From: a virus
Lineage: Duplodnaviria > Caudoviricetes
Strand: one strand, 5' to 3'
IMG/VR virus record: IMGVR_UViG_3300033076_001195
Location: 1 to 38,410 of that record
DNA length: 38,410 nucleotides
This document shows positions 32,592-38,410 of this stretch, piece by piece. Under the pieces are notes generated by a model that saw only the letters and a list, made by a program, of their open reading frames with translations, was not told the DNA's origin and made no database searches. Made by a program: the position numbers and the translations under genes. Each line of letters opens with the position of its first letter. Positions within the stretch are counted from its first letter, which is position 1.

Positions 32592-32825
32592 TTATTTTTT
32601 AATTAATCCAGTTAATATATTGGTGTTTCCAAAGCCAATTATGGCAAAAAAACCACCGCCAGCATAAAACAAGAATCTTCCTAAATTGTCAAATGTTTCT
32701 TGCTTTACTGGTGAATAAAAAATATCAATACCAATAAAAATTAAATAAAATAAAAAGGCAATTAAATAAATAGTCGAATATATTTTTGCCCCTAATTCTT
32801 TTGTAAGTAATTGTTTTTCTTTCAT
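32592..32825 (-). CDS. Holin-like two-TM protein
   Basis: 77 aa, two TMs, basic C-terminus, in the lysis cassette. Confidence 0.5.
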   Translation of the reverse strand: MKEKQLLTKELGAKIYSTIYLIAFLFYLIFIGIDIFYSPVKQETFDNLGRFLFYAGGGFFAIIGFGNTNILTGLIKK

Positions 32826-33199
32826 AACTTGTTGTTTAATTTTTCAAGTAAATCGGTGTTTTTTTCTAGTGTTTTTGTAAGTGCAATATTTTCATTTTCT
32901 ATCTTGTGGGTTCTTTTTTTGTATGCGTTTACATCTTGTTGTAATTCTTTTAATATATCATGAGTTTTTAAATCTCTTTCTTTATTTTCAATATTGTCTT
33001 TTTTTAAATCAATTACATCTTTTTTTAACTCGATATATTCATTTGCTTTTTCTTTTGTTTTGTAAGCTAAGTTAAATCCCGAAATCAAAAATTGAATAAA
33101 CTTTTTACCCAAATAAAAAGCGATAGCAAGCTTGGCAATGCTAGCATAAAGAGCATCATTGATTATTTCTTTGAGAAATTCTAGGAATTTAAAGTCCAT
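32822..33199 (-). CDS. Membrane-anchored coiled-coil protein (lysis cassette)
   Basis: Hydrophobic N-terminal half, coiled-coil C-terminus. Confidence 0.55.
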   Translation of the reverse strand: MDFKFLEFLKEIINDALYASIAKLAIAFYLGKKFIQFLISGFNLAYKTKEKANEYIELKKDVIDLKKDNIENKERDLKTHDILKELQQDVNAYKKRTHKIENENIALTKTLEKNTDLLEKLNNKL

Positions 33200-33440
33200 T
33201 TTTTAAGGCGTTAAATTTTTGGTCAATATATTCTTTTATTCTTGTTTCCGAGGCATTAATTTCGTTTTTAACAAAAATACCCATATTTTCTTTGTTTTCG
33301 TAATCTCTTAGTTTAAAAAATTTTTTTCTATTTTCTAAAGCTAAATAAATGAAAAAAGAAACAAACAACATTGAAAATTCTGGTGCTTGCTTCATTAAGT
33401 TAAATATAGTAATAAAATCTAACATTTCTTTTTTCTCCAT
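33189..33440 (-). CDS. Small single-TM protein
   Basis: FSMLFVSFFIYLAL helix. Confidence 0.55.
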   Translation of the reverse strand: MEKKEMLDFITIFNLMKQAPEFSMLFVSFFIYLALENRKKFFKLRDYENKENMGIFVKNEINASETRIKEYIDQKFNALKNGL

Positions 33441-33820
33441 TTGCTACCGCCACAAATTAGAACAGCAATATAGAAAGCCTTAGCCTTCCATACTTCTAAA
33501 CTACTATTGCGTAAACCGCTGTAAAACGCCATATCAGCGTCTCTTCGTTGCATATCAAATGTTCTTAACTCAGAATATAAAAAATCATGTGCAATAGCAT
33601 TTTCAACGCCAACATCAAAGTTGCTAAAAAAAGGCTTAAATATCATAGGAATAGTAAAGCCGTTAGATTCAAAGCCAGCTGGGATAGTGTATAACTCAGG
33701 CAATCTTTGACCCGCAAAATAGATATAAAAACGCAAATCTTCTTTAAGAATAATTTTATCTTTTTTATCTTTTTTTGGCGTATAAACGGCATCGTTTATA
33801 AAGTCAAATCCTGATTTCAT
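33419..33820 (-). CDS. DUF1353-family protein
   Basis: TIPAGFESNGFTIP, AIAHDFLY, RRDADMAF, YIAVLICGG. Confidence 0.8.
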   Translation of the reverse strand: MKSGFDFINDAVYTPKKDKKDKIILKEDLRFYIYFAGQRLPELYTIPAGFESNGFTIPMIFKPFFSNFDVGVENAIAHDFLYSELRTFDMQRRDADMAFYSGLRNSSLEVWKAKAFYIAVLICGGSKWRKKKC

Positions 33821-33821
33821 A

Positions 33822-34460
33822 TTAAATATTAATATCAATTAGATTAAGCTCTTCTATTGAAGAAGCTTTGTTAATTTTTTCTTCAATAATATTGTAAGCA
33901 TTTGATTTATCAGCAACCCTTTGAAAAATATGAGTAAATATTTCTTGTATATTTTTAAAGCTTAAAAGCACTCTAATTTCATTGCCATTAGTATCTTTAG
34001 TAGTGTAGGGTATATTTGCCACATTTGCGGTTGCTGGATCATCAGAAAGCAAATTAACTTGAGTTAAAATAGCATTATAATCTATTTTAAGTGTTTTGCA
34101 CAAAACTTGTAAAAAAGCTTGCATTTTCATAAAAGAACCAGCAAAAATAATATTTGCAGAATCAGTTAAGGAATTTGCATCGACTATGTTATAACTAGCA
34201 TTAACAATGCCAATTACATTATTAGCTTTATCAATTTGCTTTACTCCAATAAGTGCATGGGGTTTTTTTGAAGCAATTTCAAAATTAACTTTTAACTCAT
34301 TTATTTTTTGTGTTTTGGCATCAGCCAACCAATCAAATTTTTCATATTTGCCACCCTCAGCAATATATTTTTTGATTGCCTGATAATCGCTATTGCTTTC
34401 ATCGTTGGGAATGAATGAACCGTTATTTTCCCAACCATTTTTTAATTCTTTAAGTTTCAT
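33822..34460 (-). CDS. Tail fibre assembly chaperone-like protein
   Basis: FIPNDESNSDYQAI..YIAEG N-terminus and INKASSIEELNLI C-terminus; follows the fibre gene. Confidence 0.65.
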   Translation of the reverse strand: MKLKELKNGWENNGSFIPNDESNSDYQAIKKYIAEGGKYEKFDWLADAKTQKINELKVNFEIASKKPHALIGVKQIDKANNVIGIVNASYNIVDANSLTDSANIIFAGSFMKMQAFLQVLCKTLKIDYNAILTQVNLLSDDPATANVANIPYTTKDTNGNEIRVLLSFKNIQEIFTHIFQRVADKSNAYNIIEEKINKASSIEELNLIDINI

Positions 34461-34474
34461 AAATTATTTTTAAA

Positions 34475-35923
34475 TTAAAGTTCGCTCGATATTGTTATGC
34501 CAAATTGACCTTCAACACCTCCGCCCGTAGAACCAAAAGCTATCCACGAACCATTTTGGTCAATACCTGAAACACTCGGCGAGGTTAAAGATCCTCCTAA
34601 AACTAAAACACTACCAGAGGGCGTAGCTCTTTTTGTGTTTTTAAAAAAATACATACATCGTTGTGCTTGTGTAGAACTACTTCCGTAGCTGACAGCCCAA
34701 ACTGTTGAAACTTCGTAATATCTTTGGCATAAAAATAATTCTTGTTGAATTGTCCGATATTCAAAAGTTGTCTGTTCTGGCGTATCTTCTAATTGAACCC
34801 TTCCAATAGTCCAAGTGCCAGAGGTTTGAGAACCAACGCTAAATTCAATTTCAATACCTGTAGTTGCTCCCGCTGGTATTGCAATTGATGTCGCATATCT
34901 AGTTAATGTTGAATTTACTGTAAATGTGCCAGTTGCAATTTGTGTTCTAGTCGGTGATGCAAGAGTTCCAAAAGTATCGGTTGTATTTGCATACCAAGCC
35001 GTCCAAGTAATAGTTGTTAAAAGTGAATTAGCTAAATCAACACTTAGGGTCGCAGTTTTACCTGCTAAATGTTGTGAATTGCTTGCTTCTATTCTTTGAG
35101 CAAATCCAATTTTTGTAATACTTGAAGCTCCAGTAAATCTGTAATTATATTGATTTGGTGCCGTTCCCGCTACTCTTTGTCCTGTAGCATTTGCACCCGT
35201 GCAATAAGCATACCATCTATCTACGGTATAGGCTAAAGCAGAGCCAGCAGTAATAGTTTGACTTGCTCCTGCGTTTCTTTGGTCAATTGCCATTGCACCA
35301 TTGATTAAAATATTGCGATTTGGTAAAAGATATGCTACACCTTGAGTTGTGGTGGTGGCTGGGTTTGATAATTCTAAAACAATCCAAGCGTTATTAGCAG
35401 AGTTTCTTTGAAATGTATAAATACCATTAGCTACTAAATCACCAATAGCAACCGCAATTTCTGTTTTTGTAGCACTTAACTTTTTAATTACCGCTGTTGT
35501 TGTTGGATTAGCAATTGCGGATAATTGTAAATAAGGAGTTGTTGTTAAATTAGTAGCACTTATTTTTGCGGTAAATTGTTGTGTTGCTGTGTAGGCTGTA
35601 ATTGCGGGTGATGGTGCCAGTGTGTAGGCGTCAGCACTACCGCTAGTTGTTCCTAAATATAAAAATTGATTGTCTTGCACTTGTCCAACATTAATTGCAT
35701 CGGTGCGAGCCGTTCCACTTCCTAAACCTGTTAATTTATAAGTTGAAAATGGAATATTTGCAGATATTGTTGTTTGTCCATCTTTTGTAATGCAATTAGA
35801 TAAACCTGTAGCAATTCCGTCAAATTCTCCGTCCATACGGCTAGCAGTGATTTTATAACCATTAGCTTTATCATTTACCCAGTTGTATATTCTATTAAAT
35901 ACTCCTGATCCATTAAATGCCAT
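34475..35923 (-). CDS. Tail fibre / receptor-binding protein
   Basis: Podophage anchor MAFNGSGVF...DGIATGLSNCITKDGQ; C-terminal domain NRNILINGAM.IDQR...DRW...VQLE...ELFLCQRYY. Confidence 0.85.
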   Translation of the reverse strand: MAFNGSGVFNRIYNWVNDKANGYKITASRMDGEFDGIATGLSNCITKDGQTTISANIPFSTYKLTGLGSGTARTDAINVGQVQDNQFLYLGTTSGSADAYTLAPSPAITAYTATQQFTAKISATNLTTTPYLQLSAIANPTTTAVIKKLSATKTEIAVAIGDLVANGIYTFQRNSANNAWIVLELSNPATTTTQGVAYLLPNRNILINGAMAIDQRNAGASQTITAGSALAYTVDRWYAYCTGANATGQRVAGTAPNQYNYRFTGASSITKIGFAQRIEASNSQHLAGKTATLSVDLANSLLTTITWTAWYANTTDTFGTLASPTRTQIATGTFTVNSTLTRYATSIAIPAGATTGIEIEFSVGSQTSGTWTIGRVQLEDTPEQTTFEYRTIQQELFLCQRYYEVSTVWAVSYGSSSTQAQRCMYFFKNTKRATPSGSVLVLGGSLTSPSVSGIDQNGSWIAFGSTGGGVEGQFGITISSEL

Positions 35924-37976
35924 TTTGTTCTCCTTCGTTGTTTAATTGTTCTGTTGCCATTGCTCTACCCATTGAAGGGGCAACAGCTCTAGCAAAATTC
36001 TTTTTAGATAAATTCTCAGTGAATTTTTGTATTAGGTCTTTTTCCTGTGCTGTTTGTGCTTTTTTAACAATATTGTTTAATACTTGAACTGATTTTTTAG
36101 GATTAATTAATACTTTGGCTAATTCATTAGCTGTTTGTTCATTTAAACCATAATAATATTTTTTAATGGCATCTTTGGCAACTAATGCGACATCAGCTAA
36201 TCCAAATGTTTTAAAATTTATTGCACCTTTAGCAATTTTATCTAGTAATTGTGCTTGTTCTTCAATATTAAAGTCTGTTCTTGACCCTCCTACTATTCTT
36301 TGTTTTACATCAAAAACTCTAATTTCATCTGATAATCTTTGAGCAAAATCTTTAAATTCTTTTGGATTGTTAAATACTGCTTTTAATTTACCATATTCTA
36401 ATTGATTACCAAAAATAGCTTTTGTTGGGTTTCTTTCGCTTGATTTTGACACTTTATCCATCAAATAGTCTTTTATACCTATTTTAAATGTTTCTTTTTC
36501 TCCATCGCTTAATTTACTAAATGCTCTTTTAACTTCTTCGCCATTACGATATTGATTAAATTTTAATCCTTCTTCTTGTGCATTTTTAAGGGCAGAAAAG
36601 CCAGCATAGGTTTTATCAGCTTCTTTCATTGTTGGGGCTACATCATAAATAACATTATTAATTTTGTTTTTTAAATCAATATAACTTCTTGCTTTGTTAT
36701 TTTCTCCAGCTCTTTTAGCACTACCAATTATATCATCAACTACTTGTCTTGCCCCGTGCAAACTTTCAATAGAAACATCGGGTATTTCTTGGTTAATACC
36801 ATAATCTTTTCTTGCGGTCATAATAGCACTTTTTATCCTATCATCATTTATTAATTCTCTAACTTTTCCAAATTTTGCATTGCCAGTAGATGGCATTGAC
36901 ATTGCTTGTTTTAGGGCTTCATTGCCTTCTTGGTATCCTTTTTCAAATAATGGACCAGCAATATCTTTTCTTTTAGCAATTGTATCATCAAGTTTATTAA
37001 AATAACTTTCCGCACTTAAATTATTATTAATTAAATCACCAACTCTTTTTGCAGAGGTTGCGGTTTTTTTGTTTATATATTCATTAATAATTTTATTGCT
37101 TCCTTGTGTTTTACCTAAAATCCTTGTTAATCCTAAAATATTTTCATTACCTAATTCAGGTAAGGCAGTGATTCTTCCTTGTTCTATTCTTCCTGCTAAT
37201 TTACCCGCTTGTTGCCCCGCTTCTTGTGGAGTTAGGACTGTTGATAAAATTGATTCAGGAGTGCTTCCTTTAAATCTTTGAACTGTTTTTTTAACAAATG
37301 GAACTGATTTACCTATTGCTTTTCCTGCTTGTTGTCCAACTACGCCACCACCTGCACCATATAAAGAACCTGCAAATATATCTGATAGACCTTGAGAACT
37401 TGCTAAATCAGCTTCAGTTTCTCCTGCTGCAGATAAACCACCTAAAGCAGCTCCACCAGCTAAAGCTTGTTTTGCCGTTGCTCCTTTTATGCCTAATAAT
37501 CTAGCCGTTGCAACATCAGCTAATAATTGACCTGCAATAGATGTTTTTGGATATTGTTCTCTTGCTTGTTTTAGTTTTCTTAATTCATTGCCCAAAGCTT
37601 CATCATAAAAAGCACCAATAGATTCATCACCTCCTAAAGCTTTTGCTGTCAAAGAAGCAGTAAGAGCTTTAACTCTTGGCATTCCTCCTAAGTTTGTTGC
37701 TGTATTTAAAAATGCTCCAACCTCTCCTTTTTGCGGAATATATTCAGCGGCTTTTTTTACAAATTCAGCACCCATTCCAAATGGTTGAGCAGGTTTTATT
37801 GGTTGTTGCGATATTTCTTGTTGCGGTTGTTGTTGTGGTTCAGGTTGTGCATCTACCAATTGCGATTTACTAAACTGTGAATTGGCAAATTGCATAACTT
37901 GTTCAGGAGTTGTCCCTTCAGCTACTTCAAATTTTGCTATTCTTCCATCAGGTAGTTGTATTTTAGCTATTGGCAT
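35913..37976 (-). CDS. Large internal virion / DNA-ejection protein (allele B N-terminus)
   Basis: About 687 aa, Ala/Gly-rich segments, GGSRT motif; start MPIAKIQLPDGR lies 1 nt after the upstream stop. Confidence 0.72.
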   Translation of the reverse strand: MPIAKIQLPDGRIAKFEVAEGTTPEQVMQFANSQFSKSQLVDAQPEPQQQPQQEISQQPIKPAQPFGMGAEFVKKAAEYIPQKGEVGAFLNTATNLGGMPRVKALTASLTAKALGGDESIGAFYDEALGNELRKLKQAREQYPKTSIAGQLLADVATARLLGIKGATAKQALAGGAALGGLSAAGETEADLASSQGLSDIFAGSLYGAGGGVVGQQAGKAIGKSVPFVKKTVQRFKGSTPESILSTVLTPQEAGQQAGKLAGRIEQGRITALPELGNENILGLTRILGKTQGSNKIINEYINKKTATSAKRVGDLINNNLSAESYFNKLDDTIAKRKDIAGPLFEKGYQEGNEALKQAMSMPSTGNAKFGKVRELINDDRIKSAIMTARKDYGINQEIPDVSIESLHGARQVVDDIIGSAKRAGENNKARSYIDLKNKINNVIYDVAPTMKEADKTYAGFSALKNAQEEGLKFNQYRNGEEVKRAFSKLSDGEKETFKIGIKDYLMDKVSKSSERNPTKAIFGNQLEYGKLKAVFNNPKEFKDFAQRLSDEIRVFDVKQRIVGGSRTDFNIEEQAQLLDKIAKGAINFKTFGLADVALVAKDAIKKYYYGLNEQTANELAKVLINPKKSVQVLNNIVKKAQTAQEKDLIQKFTENLSKKNFARAVAPSMGRAMATEQLNNEGEQNGI

Positions 37977-37977
37977 A

Positions 37978-38409
37978 TTATTCAAATCCTAAAAATTTAA
38001 TATTTTGTGTTTGATTTTGTCCTGCTGGTGCTTGTGATTTAGCAGGTGTTTTTTTCATGTATTTATTATTTAATTTTTCTATTTCTCCTAAAGCGGCTAA
38101 CCTAGATTTATAAGGAACATTAGGATTAGCAATATCACCTGCCATTTGTTTATATAAAGCTGTATCTTTGTCTGAGTCTACCCCTTTAAATCTTGGAACA
38201 TTAGAAATTAATTTACCAGCTAAAATTTGCAATTGTCTATCAGCTTGATCCATTGAGGTTGATATACCTGCTAAAGAAGCTGACCCACTAACTCCTCTTT
38301 GGAAAACCCCACTTGTTGCTTGTGGTAATATTTTTTTAGCTTCTTGAATGATTTCGTTTGTTTGAGATGCATTAATTACATTAACAGCTTCAGAACCTTC
38401 TTTTTTACC
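37978..38409 (-). CDS. C-terminal part of an alternative ejection protein (allele B), open to the window edge
   Basis: Frame stays open upstream of ATG 38253: GKKEGSEAVNVINASQTNEIIQEAKKILPQATSG...VPRFKGVDSDKD..LYKQMAGDIANP...IKFLGFE. Confidence 0.75.
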   Translation of the reverse strand, partial: GKKEGSEAVNVINASQTNEIIQEAKKILPQATSGVFQRGVSGSASLAGISTSMDQADRQLQILAGKLISNVPRFKGVDSDKDTALYKQMAGDIANPNVPYKSRLAALGEIEKLNNKYMKKTPAKSQAPAGQNQTQNIKFLGFE

Positions 38410-38410
38410 T

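Overview
An apparently complete, AT-rich (roughly 30% GC by eye) podovirus-type dsDNA phage genome. Bases 1-77 are identical to 37732-37808, so the genome closes as a circle of about 37,731 bp and the last ~600 bp (37809-38410) are a second allele of the DNA-ejection gene junction. The minus strand carries the late operon: TerS, TerL, portal, scaffold, major capsid, decoration, adaptor and nozzle proteins, three ejection proteins, tail fibre, chaperone, lysis cassette and a secreted thermonuclease. The plus strand (13.3-30.8 kb) carries many small early and membrane genes, an orphan HicB, a replication initiator plus DnaB, a stand-alone receiver domain, RecT/YqaJ, a BioH-like hydrolase, a GNAT and a VRR-NUC protein. 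No integrase, clear CI repressor or DNA polymerase is visible. Main leads: (i) a promoter-driven, ~790-nt highly structured RNA locus that encloses two tRNAs and one aberrant tRNA, plus two other promoter-driven structured RNA islands; (ii) two interchangeable versions of the junction between consecutive ejection proteins; (iii) possible host-manipulation genes. All family assignments come from motif recognition by eye, not database searches.
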